From assembly GCA_965262915.1 (NCBI GenBank), contig OZ253564.1, positions 4,224,001-4,288,000 on the forward strand: 64,000 nucleotides of DNA, written 5' to 3'. Source of the DNA: Candidatus Spongiisociaceae bacterium. GTDB taxonomy: Bacteria > Actinomycetota > Acidimicrobiia > Spongiisociales > Spongiisociaceae. This document shows positions 40,060 to 50,423 of this stretch, piece after piece. The notes under the pieces are model-generated. The model had not been told where the DNA came from, searched no databases, and saw nothing but the letters and a program-made list of their open reading frames with translations. Each line of letters starts with the position of its first letter. Position 1 is the stretch's first letter. Position numbers and translations under genes: made by a program.

Positions 40060-42059
40060 CTCACACCTCCGATGGCCACCGGGACCAGGTTGGCCCGCCG
40101 GAGGTGGCTGTCCACCTCGTCCCGGAAGTACTTGAGCAGAGAGACCACGGGCGAGACGGCCGATGGACCGAGCGGGCAGATCGTGGTCATGGCGGGGGGC
40201 CACCGCAGACCCGGGGAAATGTTGTCGGACACGTCGAGCAGCAGGTCGGCGTCCACCGCACGCCCCTGGCCGTCCATGATGCGGCGCAGGATCAGGTCCA
40301 GCCAGACAGTGCCCTCCCGGCACGGGGTGCACTGGCCGCAGGACTCGTGGGCGAAGAAACGAACCAGACGCTCCGCCACCGCCACCACGTCGGTGGTGTG
40401 GTCCATGACGATCACCGCCCCCGAACCCGTCATCGAACCGTGGCCGTCGATGGCCTCCTTGGTCACCTCGGTGTCGAGGTGCAGTTCGGGAACGAACCAG
40501 GGCGACGAGGCCCCGCCCGGAACCCACGCCTTGAGGCGGTTGCCGTTGCGTATCCCACCGGCCAGGTCGAAGATCAGGTCCCGCCAGGTGAGGCCCTCCA
40601 CGATCTCGTAGTTGCCGGGGCGGTTCACGTGGCCCGAGATCGAGCACATGCGCCGTCCGGGTGAACCGGGCGGGCCGATGGCCGCGTAGGCGGCCCCGCC
40701 GTGGTTGATGATCCACGGGATGTTGGCGAGGGTCTCCACGTTGTTGACGATGGTGGGCATCATGTAGAGGCCTTTGGCGGCGGGGAAGTAGGGGGGCTTG
40801 AGGCGGGGTTCGCCCCGCCGGCCTTCCAGGCTGTTGAGCAGACCGGTCTCCTCCCCGCAAATGTAAGCGCCTGCACCCAGGTGAACGGTTACGTCGAGGT
40901 CGTACCCGGAGCCGAGGATGTCCCGGCCCAGGTAGCCGGCCGCGTAGGCCTCCTCGACGGCGGCCTGCACCCGCCGGGCGGCCTTCGGGTACTCCCCCCT
41001 GATGTATACGAAGGCGTGGTGCGCCTCGCTGGCGTAGGAGGAGATCACCACCCCCTCGATCATCTGGTGGGGATCCCGCTCCATCAGCTGGCGGTCCTTG
41101 AAGGTACCCGGCTCGGACTCGTCGGCGTTAACCACCAGGTAGGAGGGCCGGGCCGGCGCCAGGAACCCCCACTTGACCCCGGCGGGGAATCCGGCCCCTC
41201 CCCGGCCCCGGAGCATCGACCCCTTGACCTCGGCGGTGATCTCCCCGGGCGACATTCCGGGTGCGCCCAGGACCTTCCGCAACGCCGAGTACCCGCCGGT
41301 GGCCTCGTAGGTGGCGAGGGCGTGGCTGGTACGGGGGTGATCGTTCATCCTCGCGGTGAGGATCATCGGGGCGTCCCCGTTCCCCGTCGTCGGGGACGGC
41401 TCCCGGACACGACCGTCCGCCCCGTCCGGGGACGCGGCGGCGGTCCCGAGCGGGGAGAAGGCGGGTACCGGGCCGGTTGCGCCCACCGGGTCGGGTACGC
41501 CCCAGGGGAAGGACGTATCACCTCCGAAGCGGGCCTGGAGCTCGTCGCCGGTGACCTGTTCGGGGCGCTCGGACCGCAGCCATCTGACCATCTCCCGGGC
41601 TCTGTCGGGGGTGACCCCCTCGACGAACTCGTAGTTCACCTGGACCGTCGGCGCGGCCCCGCAGGCGCCGATGCACTCGACATGCTCGGGGGACACCAGG
41701 CCCTCTCCGTCGACGTGGCCCGATGGCGCCCCCACCTCGTCCTCGATGGCGTGGAGAACGTCGTCGGCGCCCCCCAGCCAGCAGGAGAGGGAGGTGCAGA
41801 CCGACACCAGGTAGCGGCCGACCGGCGAGCGCTTGTACATCGTATAGAAACTGGCGACCGCAACAACCTGGGCCGGCGTGACGCCCGCCAGATCGGCCAC
41901 CTTGCGCATACCGTCGTCGGTCAGGCGGTCTTTGCCCCGGTCGAGGTCCTCCTGCATGGCGATGTAGAGGAGTGCCATGATGGCGGAACGCCGCTGCGGA
42001 TAGGCGGCAATCAGCTTGCGGGCACGCTCCTCCGCTCCGGCCGACCAGGTGTAGGACAT
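40056..42059 (-). CDS. nuoEF: Fused NADH-quinone oxidoreductase subunits E and F
   Basis: N-part VCTSLSC...ECIGAC (NuoE). C-part GRGGAGFPAGVKW, NADESEPGTFKDR, ESCGQCTPCREG (NuoF). Single 667-aa ORF. Confidence 0.92.
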   Translation of the reverse strand: MSYTWSAGAEERARKLIAAYPQRRSAIMALLYIAMQEDLDRGKDRLTDDGMRKVADLAGVTPAQVVAVASFYTMYKRSPVGRYLVSVCTSLSCWLGGADDVLHAIEDEVGAPSGHVDGEGLVSPEHVECIGACGAAPTVQVNYEFVEGVTPDRAREMVRWLRSERPEQVTGDELQARFGGDTSFPWGVPDPVGATGPVPAFSPLGTAAASPDGADGRVREPSPTTGNGDAPMILTARMNDHPRTSHALATYEATGGYSALRKVLGAPGMSPGEITAEVKGSMLRGRGGAGFPAGVKWGFLAPARPSYLVVNADESEPGTFKDRQLMERDPHQMIEGVVISSYASEAHHAFVYIRGEYPKAARRVQAAVEEAYAAGYLGRDILGSGYDLDVTVHLGAGAYICGEETGLLNSLEGRRGEPRLKPPYFPAAKGLYMMPTIVNNVETLANIPWIINHGGAAYAAIGPPGSPGRRMCSISGHVNRPGNYEIVEGLTWRDLIFDLAGGIRNGNRLKAWVPGGASSPWFVPELHLDTEVTKEAIDGHGSMTGSGAVIVMDHTTDVVAVAERLVRFFAHESCGQCTPCREGTVWLDLILRRIMDGQGRAVDADLLLDVSDNISPGLRWPPAMTTICPLGPSAVSPVVSLLKYFRDEVDSHLRRANLVPVAIGGVR

Positions 42060-42065
42060 ACCCGC

Positions 42066-43421
42066 CTACCGGTCCACGTCGCCCATGACGGGATCGAGGG
42101 AGGCGATGCAGGCGACGGAGTCCGCCACCAGGGAACCGGCCATCATGATGGGCAGGGCCTGGAGGTTCGAGAACGAGGGCGCCCTGGTGTGCATCCGCAG
42201 CGGCATGCCGCCGCCGTCGGAGACTAGGTAGCAACCCAGCTCGCCGCGGGGGGACTCGATGGCCACGTAGGTCTCGCCGGCCGGGACCTTGAAACCCTCC
42301 GTGTAGATCTTGAAATGGTGGATCAGCGCCTCCATCGACTCGTTGATCCGCCGTCGGGGAGGGGGCGACACCTTGCGGTCACCGGTCTTGTAGTCACCGC
42401 GGGGCATGGCATCGGCGACCTGGGAGACGATGCGCAGCGACTGCCGCATCTCCCCTATACGTACCCGGTACCGGTCGTAGACATCCCCGTAGCTCCCCGT
42501 CACCACGTCGAAGTCGTAGGAGTCGATCCCCGAATAAGGCTGGGAGCGGCGGAGATCCCAGCCCACACCCGCGGCGCGGAGCGTGGGGCCGGTGATCCCG
42601 TACGCCAGGCACTCCTCGGCGGTGATGATGCCGACGCCCTGGGTGCGGCCCTTCCAGATCGAGTTCTCCTTGAGCAGGTCCTCGTAGTCCCGCATCGCCA
42701 CCGGTATCTTCTCGAGGATCAGCGCCACGTCGTCCTCCCACCCGTCGGGCAGGTCGGCGGCCACGCCTCCGGGACGGATGTAGTTGTGGTTCATGCGCAG
42801 TCCGGTGGTCTTCTCGAAGAAGGCGAGGATCAGCTCCCGTTCCCGGAACCCGTACATCATCATCGACAGAGCCCCGATGTCCATACCGTTGGTGGCGGTG
42901 GCGACCAGGTGGGACGACACCCGGTTGAGTTCGGTCATCAGCACCCGGATCGCCCGCGCACGAGGCGGGATCTCGACCCCCAGCAACTTCTCTACCGCCA
43001 GCGAATAGCACAACTCGTTGTGCAGGGGGGCCAGGTAGTCCATACGGGTGACGTTGGTCCCGCCCTGGAAGAAGGTCAGCGTCTCGGCGGTCTTCTCCAT
43101 GCCGGTGTGCAGGTAGCCGATGACCGGTTTGATGCGACGGACGATCTCGCCCTCGAGTTCCAGGTTGAGGCGCAGCACGCCGTGGGTGGAGGGGTGCTGC
43201 GGTCCCATGTTGATGATCATCCGCTCGTCGTCGGCCACCGTGTCGTCGATCACCCAGTCGTCGACGACCCGGCTGCCCCGTTGCTCGAGGGCGCGGTGCG
43301 TGGTCTCGTCACGGCCCATCTCCTGGGCGCCCTCGTCGGTACCGGCCACCATCCATTCGGCCACCTCGGGGACTTCGGTGCCGGATACCCAGATGTCGGT
43401 GGTGGCGGTCGTCTCGGCCAT
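42066..43421 (-). CDS. nuoD: NADH-quinone oxidoreductase subunit D
   Basis: NMGPQHPSTHGVLRL, GYLHTGMEK, ESPRGELG, GDVDR. Confidence 0.96.
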   Translation of the reverse strand: MAETTATTDIWVSGTEVPEVAEWMVAGTDEGAQEMGRDETTHRALEQRGSRVVDDWVIDDTVADDERMIINMGPQHPSTHGVLRLNLELEGEIVRRIKPVIGYLHTGMEKTAETLTFFQGGTNVTRMDYLAPLHNELCYSLAVEKLLGVEIPPRARAIRVLMTELNRVSSHLVATATNGMDIGALSMMMYGFRERELILAFFEKTTGLRMNHNYIRPGGVAADLPDGWEDDVALILEKIPVAMRDYEDLLKENSIWKGRTQGVGIITAEECLAYGITGPTLRAAGVGWDLRRSQPYSGIDSYDFDVVTGSYGDVYDRYRVRIGEMRQSLRIVSQVADAMPRGDYKTGDRKVSPPPRRRINESMEALIHHFKIYTEGFKVPAGETYVAIESPRGELGCYLVSDGGGMPLRMHTRAPSFSNLQALPIMMAGSLVADSVACIASLDPVMGDVDR

Positions 43422-43927
43422 CACACCACCTGGTGGGCTTCCTTGAACTGGACCGGAACCGCCCCTACACCGAAGTCCCGCCGCAACGGATGGCCCTCCC
43501 AGTCGTCGGGCATCAGAATCCGGGTGAGGTCCGGGTGACCGTCGAACCGGATGCCGAACATGTCGTAGACCTCTCGCTCCAGGAAGTTGGCACCCGGGTA
43601 GACGGGCACCAGCGACGGCGCCACCGGCGCGTCCTCGGTCACCGGGACGAGTATCCGGAGGCGGCGGTTGTGCCGCAGGGACAGGAGGTGGACGACCAGC
43701 TCGAAACGGGTGCGGCGGATTCCCTGGTAGTCGACCGCGGTGATGTCCGAGCACATCTCGAAACCGGCCGCCCTGGCCGCCGCGGCCAGCCTCGCCAGGC
43801 CGGCGGCCGGGACCCTGATGATGTCGTCGCCGGCGGCCCTCCCGGCTTCCGCGCCGGGGACCGCCTCGACGAGGCCCGCCACCAAGTCATCGGAGTGAGG
43901 AGTAGCAGCGGCCCGGTCGCCGGCCAT
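43421..43927 (-). CDS. nuoC: NADH-quinone oxidoreductase subunit C
   Basis: TAVDY, EREVYDMFGI.F.GHPDL.RILMP, GHPLRRD. Confidence 0.95.
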   Translation of the reverse strand: MAGDRAAATPHSDDLVAGLVEAVPGAEAGRAAGDDIIRVPAAGLARLAAAARAAGFEMCSDITAVDYQGIRRTRFELVVHLLSLRHNRRLRILVPVTEDAPVAPSLVPVYPGANFLEREVYDMFGIRFDGHPDLTRILMPDDWEGHPLRRDFGVGAVPVQFKEAHQVV

Positions 43928-44397
43928 CAGCGGGCCAACTCCCCGGACATCACCTTGTCCTGGAGGGTGAGGATTCCGTGCATCAGGGATTGGGGACCGG
44001 GCGGGCACCCCGGCACGTAGATGTCGACCGGCACGATCTGGTCGACCCCCTGAACCAGGGCATAATTGTTGAACATACCGCCGGTGGATGCGCAGGCGCC
44101 CATCGAGATGACCCATTTGGGATCGGCCATCTGGTCGTAGACCTGGCGCAGAACCGGCGCCATCTTCTGGGAAACCCGTCCCGCCACCACCATCAGGTCG
44201 GCCTGGCGGGGAGAAGCCCGGAACACCTCCATCCCGAACCGCGCCAGGTCGTTGTGGGCGGTCCCGGTGGCCATCATCTCGATGGCGCAGCAGGCCAACC
44301 CGAAGGTGGCCGGCCACATGGACTGCGTCTGAGCCCAGCGCATCGCCTTGCCCAGGGTGGTGGTGAGGAGGTGTGGCGGGGTGGTCAATCGCGCCAT
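43927..44397 (-). CDS. nuoB: NADH-quinone oxidoreductase subunit B
   Basis: [28 protein letters not shown]. Confidence 0.96.
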   Translation of the reverse strand: MARLTTPPHLLTTTLGKAMRWAQTQSMWPATFGLACCAIEMMATGTAHNDLARFGMEVFRASPRQADLMVVAGRVSQKMAPVLRQVYDQMADPKWVISMGACASTGGMFNNYALVQGVDQIVPVDIYVPGCPPGPQSLMHGILTLQDKVMSGELAR

Positions 44398-44816
44398 CAG
44401 GTCGCGGTCTCCCCGACGGCTCGCCCCGAACCGGCGCGGTACCGGGCCCGGCGGGAGACATTCCAGTCCAGGGCGCCGCGTTTCCAGACGTAACCGAGCG
44501 TCTCCACGATCAGCAGGGTGAACACGGTGATCGCCCCCACGCCGGCCCACCCGAGATCGCCGAACACGGCCGCCCACGCGAACAGGAAGACGATCTCGAC
44601 ATCGAAGATCACGAACAGGATCGCCACCAAGTAGAACTTGACCGGGAATCGCTGGATGGGCTCCGCCTCCGTGACGATCCCGCACTCGTAGGGTTCCAGC
44701 TTCTCGGGCGTCGGACGTTTGTAGGAGATCAGGTAGGAAACGACCAGGGACACGCCCGCGAACGCCGCGGCCAGCAGGAACATCACCGCTATAGGGAGAT
44801 ACTCAGAAAGGTCCAA
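44397..44816 (-). CDS. nuoA: NADH-quinone oxidoreductase subunit A
   Basis: [21 protein letters not shown]. Confidence 0.95.
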   Translation of the reverse strand: MDLSEYLPIAVMFLLAAAFAGVSLVVSYLISYKRPTPEKLEPYECGIVTEAEPIQRFPVKFYLVAILFVIFDVEIVFLFAWAAVFGDLGWAGVGAITVFTLLIVETLGYVWKRGALDWNVSRRARYRAGSGRAVGETAT

Positions 44817-45243
44817 CCCGTCCCTTCGTCAGGCACGTTCAGACTAGGAAGACGGTCCGTCGGTGCCAAAACGACCCGGCCGACATCCGGCCAGGGCAAC
44901 CCCGAACGGCACCCGCTCGGTCAGTACCCGGCACGATCCGCTCCTGTTATGTTTCGCGGCAAGGCTCAGGAAGGGTCGAGCCGGATGCCGAGTGGATCGA
45001 GAGGTCGCTGTGTCGCCTGGAGACGGTGGCCGGCTCTCGCCATAGCACTAGCCGCGCTCAACCGGTGAACCTCGCCGGCCCGATCCACCGATGAGTCCCC
45101 CTTGATGACTACTGCCCCGACGACGTCACCCACGCGGAGATAACCACCTTCCTCTACGGGGCACGTAACCTTCTCTGAAGCCGGCGGCCCACCCGAAGGC
45201 CAACGTCTCTTCGCTGCTCATGCGGACGGATCGCAGGTTGGGT

Positions 45244-45597
45244 CTACCCGAGCCAGTGCTCTCCCACGATCGCATCGCGTGTGCTGAGCAAGGCGTCCAA
45301 CGCCCCGACCAACCGCCCGATCGTTCGCCCATCTGCTCGCGGATAGGCTCTGTCGCTCGTCAGGATGAGCGCGGGAGAGCCATGTGCGCCCCGCAGTGCT
45401 CTGGCCGCAAGCGCTCGATAGTCCGCCGCGTTCTCGGTCACGATCGCCCGGCCTCGGGCCAGTGCCTCCTGGAAGATCGTCTCATCAGCCCACCCTCGAA
45501 GCTCGGGGCGTTCCGCCACGGCCACCACGTCGTGGCCGCGGGCCCGGAGCGCAGAGGCGATTGCCGGAGGCCACATCTCGTCGAGTAACGGCTTCAC
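45244..45597 (-). CDS. DUF5615 / VapC45-like PIN toxin
   Basis: LLDEM, LRARGHDV, ADETI, RAIVTENAADY. GTGA overlap with the antitoxin. Confidence 0.85.
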   Translation of the reverse strand: MKPLLDEMWPPAIASALRARGHDVVAVAERPELRGWADETIFQEALARGRAIVTENAADYRALAARALRGAHGSPALILTSDRAYPRADGRTIGRLVGALDALLSTRDAIVGEHWLG

Positions 45598-46016
45598 CTG
45601 GCGAGGAGTTCCTGCTCCCGCCGCCATCGGGCCTCCGCCCGGTCCGCCTCGGCTTGGACCCGACGGATCCATCCGTCGATCTCATCCCGGTAGTCCGCGT
45701 AGTAACGGAGGGCGTCCGACACCTGATCGGGCGCAAGTCCCATCCTCTCAGCGACCCCCGCCGCCCCGTCACCGTCGCCGGACCCGGCTTCGGGAAGCGC
45801 CCGTACCACCTCCCATACGTCCGGTCCGCCGATCAGCCCGGCGCGTCGCCCCGCGGGACCCGAACGGAACACGATCCGAGGATGCTCCTCCATCCGCAGC
45901 CCCTCTTGCAACAACCTCTTCGCGACTGCCGATCGCGATTGGCCACTTCTTCGGCTCTGTGTATCCAGTTGCGCCAAGAGATCCTCTCCCACCCGTACCG
46001 ATAGGTGCCGGCCCAT
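45594..46016 (-). CDS. Antitoxin: N-terminal RHH plus DUF433-like HTH (VapB45-like)
   Basis: LSVRV...SRSAVAKRLLQEGL, HPRIVFR.GPAGRRA, GPDVWEVV, ALRYYADY..EID. Confidence 0.82.
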   Translation of the reverse strand: MGRHLSVRVGEDLLAQLDTQSRRSGQSRSAVAKRLLQEGLRMEEHPRIVFRSGPAGRRAGLIGGPDVWEVVRALPEAGSGDGDGAAGVAERMGLAPDQVSDALRYYADYRDEIDGWIRRVQAEADRAEARWRREQELLAR

Positions 46017-46114
46017 GACATGACTCCTCTGGTGTACCACGTTGTCACACACCGTAACACCTACTCGAACGCTCGGGAAGCCACCCGGCCTGTGTGTGCG
46101 CGCTGCTCGGTCCG

Positions 46115-47413
46115 TTATGTGGTGTAGTCGGCGTTGATGCGGACGTAACCGGCGGTGAGGTCGCAGCCGTACACCGTGAAGGTGCCTCCTGCGGCCGGAG
46201 CCGAACCGTCCGGGGTGATGCCCAGGCTGACGTGGATCAGGATCTCCGGCGCCGCCAGGTACCGCTCCAGTTCACCGAGCAGTTCCGGAGTGGCCGGGGT
46301 CGGGTAGACCTCGGCCACTCCGAAACGGATCACTACCCGGTCGGGATCGATGTCCGAATCGTTGCACTTACCCACCGCCATCGCCACACGTCCCCAGTTC
46401 GGATCGCGACCGTGGACGGCGGTCTTGACCAGTGGGGAGTTGACGATCGCCTTGGCCACCCGCTTCGCCTGTGCGTCGTCTCGGGCCTCGTCCACCGTAA
46501 CCACGATCAGCGTCTCCGCGCCCTCCCCGTCGGCCGCCAACTGGCGGGTCAGGTCCAGGGACACCTCCTCGATGGCTGCCTCCAACTCTGCACCGTCCAC
46601 CGGGCCCGCCCGGCCCGACGCCAGGATCACCGCCATGTCGCTCGTGGAGGTGTCGGTGTCGATGCTGAGGGCGTTGAAGGTGCGGTCCACCACCCTGCGG
46701 AACATGGCGTCGAGCACCGATGCATCCACCTCGGCATCGGTCGTGACCACCGCCAGCATGGTCGCCATGTCCGGCTCGATCATCCCCACGCCCTTGGCGA
46801 TGCCAACCACCCGTGCCGCGCCCGCCCTGGCGGTGGCAACCTTCGGGTGGGTGTCGGTGGTCATCATCGCGGTGGCGGCCACGGTCGCCGAACCCGGAGT
46901 GGCGAACGGGGAACCGGCGGTTCGGAGAGCGGTCATATAGCGACGGATACGGTCCATGGGGTACCGAACCCCTATCACTCCGGTCGAGGCCACGATCACC
47001 TCGGTGGCCTCGCAGCCCACCGCCCCGGCCGTGAGCCGTGCGAGCTCGCCGGCATGGGCCGCACCCACGGCGCCGGTCGCCACATTGGCGTTCTTGGAGA
47101 TCACCACCACCGCCCGCGCCCTTCCGCCGACGAGATGGGCCCGGCTGAGCGTGACGCTGGGTCCCGAGAAACGGCTCCGGGTGAACACCCCGGCGGCGGT
47201 GGTCCCCTGCGTCGCCGACAGGATCATCACATCTCTGCTGCCATCCTTGATCCCGATGCTGCCACTGTGCAACCCGAACCCGTCCGGAAAATCGACCTCC
47301 GGTACCCCTCGCCCCCTCCCGTCCCCACCTGCCGGAGCGGTACGCCAAGGAGGGACCCCGCCGGGGCCTGCCTCGTCCGTACCCTGCCGCCGGGAATCCG
47401 CTGCTGCTGTCAC
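46115..47413 (-). CDS. argJ: Ornithine acetyltransferase / glutamate N-acetyltransferase
   Basis: NANVATG, ASTGVIG, MTTDT.PK, KGVGMIEPDMA|TML autocleavage site, DTSTSD, DGEGA, DPNWGR, INADYTT. Start is uncertain. Confidence 0.93.
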   Translation of the reverse strand: MTAAADSRRQGTDEAGPGGVPPWRTAPAGGDGRGRGVPEVDFPDGFGLHSGSIGIKDGSRDVMILSATQGTTAAGVFTRSRFSGPSVTLSRAHLVGGRARAVVVISKNANVATGAVGAAHAGELARLTAGAVGCEATEVIVASTGVIGVRYPMDRIRRYMTALRTAGSPFATPGSATVAATAMMTTDTHPKVATARAGAARVVGIAKGVGMIEPDMATMLAVVTTDAEVDASVLDAMFRRVVDRTFNALSIDTDTSTSDMAVILASGRAGPVDGAELEAAIEEVSLDLTRQLAADGEGAETLIVVTVDEARDDAQAKRVAKAIVNSPLVKTAVHGRDPNWGRVAMAVGKCNDSDIDPDRVVIRFGVAEVYPTPATPELLGELERYLAAPEILIHVSLGITPDGSAPAAGGTFTVYGCDLTAGYVRINADYTT

Positions 47414-47677
47414 ATCCACGATGTTAGAAGGTGCGCGGATAGGCGAGGCGCGATCGCCCGTGCAGTCACCCTTTGTTCGGCTGCTGCTCGCTGGACCCTG
47501 GTCATAGCGGTCGTCCCATGAGTCCCATGAAACGTTGCAAGCTAATGTCTTCCCCAGGTGAGCACGTCTTCCACACACCCCTTTCGGCTGTGACAGGCCG
47601 CCGACCGACGGGACGGTGCAGAAGATCCGGCATCGGCCGCGGTTTCGAGCCTTTCCCGGAGCGTTAACCTCACGGCG

Positions 47678-48307
47678 ATGAAGCCGGATCTCCCAGCTGC
47701 GACCGTCGAGCGGTTGCCCCGGTACCTGAGGTGTATCGAGCAACTCCCGCCCTCTCGTTTGACGATCTCGTCGAAGGACCTGGCCCGTCTCAGCAACCTC
47801 AACGCGGCCGGTGTGCGCAAGGACCTGTCCTTTCTGGGTTCTTTCGGGATACGGGGAGTGGGCTACCACGTCGACGAACTGGCCGCCCGGATCCGCAGAG
47901 CCCTGGGACTGACCGAGGACCGGGCTGTGGTGGTGATCGGGGTGGGCAATCTCGGTTCCGCTCTGGCCAACTACGGCGGCTTCGGAAACCGGGGTTTCCG
48001 GATCGTGGGGCTCTACGACGCCGACCCTGCCAAGATCGGTAAGCGGGTGGCCGGGATCGCCGTGCGCTGCATCACCATGCTGGCCGAAGATGCAGAGTCG
48101 ACCGACATCGCGGTGGGCATCATCGCAACCCCGGCCGGTGCCGCCCAGGGAGTGGCCACCCTGCTGTCGGAGGTCGGGATACCCTCGATACTGAACTTCG
48201 CTCCGGCCGTGCTGACCGTTCCGGAGGGAACCCACCTGCGGCAGGTGGATCTGGCCACCGAATTGCAGATCCTCAGCTTCTACATGTCCGGCCGGCACGC
48301 GCGATAG
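47678..48307 (+). CDS. rex: Redox-sensing transcriptional repressor Rex
   Basis: ATVERLPRYLR, RKDLSFLGSFG.RGVGY, IGVGNLGSAL, ILNFAP. Confidence 0.95.
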   Translation: MKPDLPAATVERLPRYLRCIEQLPPSRLTISSKDLARLSNLNAAGVRKDLSFLGSFGIRGVGYHVDELAARIRRALGLTEDRAVVVIGVGNLGSALANYGGFGNRGFRIVGLYDADPAKIGKRVAGIAVRCITMLAEDAESTDIAVGIIATPAGAAQGVATLLSEVGIPSILNFAPAVLTVPEGTHLRQVDLATELQILSFYMSGRHAR

Positions 48308-48467
48308 CCGGTTGCCGGATCCGCCGCCGTAGGAGGCCGGCGAAGAGCACCTTCGATTGCGCCTCACCGCCGCATCGCGGTAGCTTGATCCCCTGAGTCA
48401 CCCGTTGCTATGGGATGCGTGGCGACGTTACGACCCCGACCGACTGCTACAGCAAGGTTGAAGCCAG

Positions 48468-50423
48468 TTGAGTGCTCTGAACATCAGCAGCTTCATATGG
48501 GGTATCGCGGACGATGTGCTGCGCGATATCTACGTGCGGGGAAAGTACCGCGACGTCATCCTGCCCATGACGGTCATCCGCCGCCTCGACGCGGTGCTAG
48601 AACCGACGAAGCACAAGGTGCTCCGTATGAAAGCCCAGCTAGACGACGCGGGCATAGCGAACCAGGACGCCGCGCTGCGCGAGGCGTCCGGCGAAGCCTT
48701 CTACAACACGTCTCCCTTCAGGCTTCGCGACCTCACCGCCCGGGGACGGCAGCAGCAGTTGCGAGCCGACTTCGAGGCATATCTAGACGGCTTCTCGCCC
48801 AACATCCAGTAAGTCTTGGAGAAGTTCAAGTTCCGCAACCAGATTCCCACGCTGGTGGAAGCGGATGCGCTGGGGTTCCTGTTGGAGAAGTTCCTCGACA
48901 GCTCGGTCAACCTCAGCCCACGCCCCGTTCTGAATGGGGACGGCTCCGTGCGGCTGGAGGGCCTGGACAACCACAGCATGGGCACCGTCTTCGAGGAGCT
49001 CATCCGCCGCTTCAACGAGGAGAACAACGAGGAGGCCGGGGAGCACTTCACCCCTAGGGACGTTGTACGACTCATGGCTCGGCTCGTCTTCCTGCCGGTA
49101 GCCGAGGAGGTCAAGTCCGGCACCTACCTGGTCTACGACGGTGCGTGCGGAACAGGTGGGATGCTGACAGTCGCGGAAGAGTCGCTGACCCAACTGGCCA
49201 GCGATAGGGGCAAGGAAGTATCCGTCCACCTGTACGGCCAGGAGGTCAACCCGGAGACCTATGCCATCAGCAAGGCGGATCTCATCCTGAAGGGAGAGGG
49301 CGCCGGGGCCGACAATTTACAGTACGGCTCCACCCTCTCCGCCGACGCCTTCCCAGCCGGCGAGTTCGACTTCATGCTCTCCAATCCGCCCTACGGCAAG
49401 AGCTGGAAGACTGACCTGGAGCGCATGGGTGGCAAATCCGGCATCAGGGACCTGCGTTTCGTCGTCGAGCATGGCGGCGTACCGGACCATTCGCTCATCA
49501 CCCGCTCCAGCGATGGCCAGATGATGTTCCTGGCCAACATGCTGAGCAAGATGAAGCAGGAGACGGAGCTGGGCAGCCGCATCGCCGAGGTCCACAACGG
49601 AAGTTCCCTCTTCACCGGCGACGCCGGGCAGGGGGAGAGCAACATCCGCCGCTGGATAATCGAGAACGACTGGTTGGAGGCCATCGTCGCGCTACCGCTG
49701 AACATGTTCTACAACACCGGCATCGCCACCTACATCTGGGTGCTCAGCAACCGCAAGCCTGCCCACCGCCGTGGCTACGTCCAGCTCATCGACGCCACAC
49801 AGGAGTACAGACCGCTGCGCAAGAACCTGGGGAAGAAGAACTGCGAGTTGCCGCAGGAGAACATCGACCGCATCTGCGATGTGTTCCTGGCCTTCGAGGA
49901 GACGGAGCAGTCCAAGATATTCCCTAACGAGGCCTTCGGCTACTGGAAGGTCACCGTCGAGCGTCCCCTGAGAGTGGACGGCGCGGATCCCAAACGTCGC
50001 TACACCGCCAAGGAGATAAAGACCCTAAAGCAAACACTCAAACGGTCTGACACCGCGCCACCGGTCATCAGGAAGATACGCAAGAGGAACGTCGAGGCGG
50101 ACCCTCTGCACGGCCTCTTCGCCGCGACCGTCAACCGCAAGCCGATCGTGGTCGAGCACGAGCCGGACTCCGGCCTGCGACACACCGAGCGGGTACCTCT
50201 GCTGGAAGAGGGCGGGGTCGAGGGCTTCTTGCGCCGGGAGGTGCTTCCCTACGCGCCCAATGCCTGGTACATGCCAACGAAGGTCAAGATCGGCTACGAG
50301 ATCAGCTTCACGCGCCACTTCTACAAGCCTCAGCCTCTGAGACCTTTGGAGGAGATACGCGCCGACATCCTGGTGTTGGAGCAAACGACGGAAGGGCTGT
50401 TGGCGGAGATACTTCCCCTATGA
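48468..50423 (+). pseudogene. hsdM: Type I R-M methyltransferase HsdM interrupted by an in-frame TAA at 48810-48812
   Basis: FIWGIADD..., NIQ*VLEKF, AGEHFTPRDVV, YDGACGTGGML, SNPPYG. Confidence 0.9.

Noticed and set aside
44817-47677. Rex operator (TGTGAA-N-TTCACA-like) upstream of nuoA or rex
   Set aside because: No convincing match found by eye. The gtcccatga x2 repeat at 47513-47530 is too short to call.
47414-48367. 750-aa ORF suggesting an N-terminal fusion to ArgJ
   Set aside because: The extension is antisense to rex and non-protein-like. The true start is near 47413 or later.
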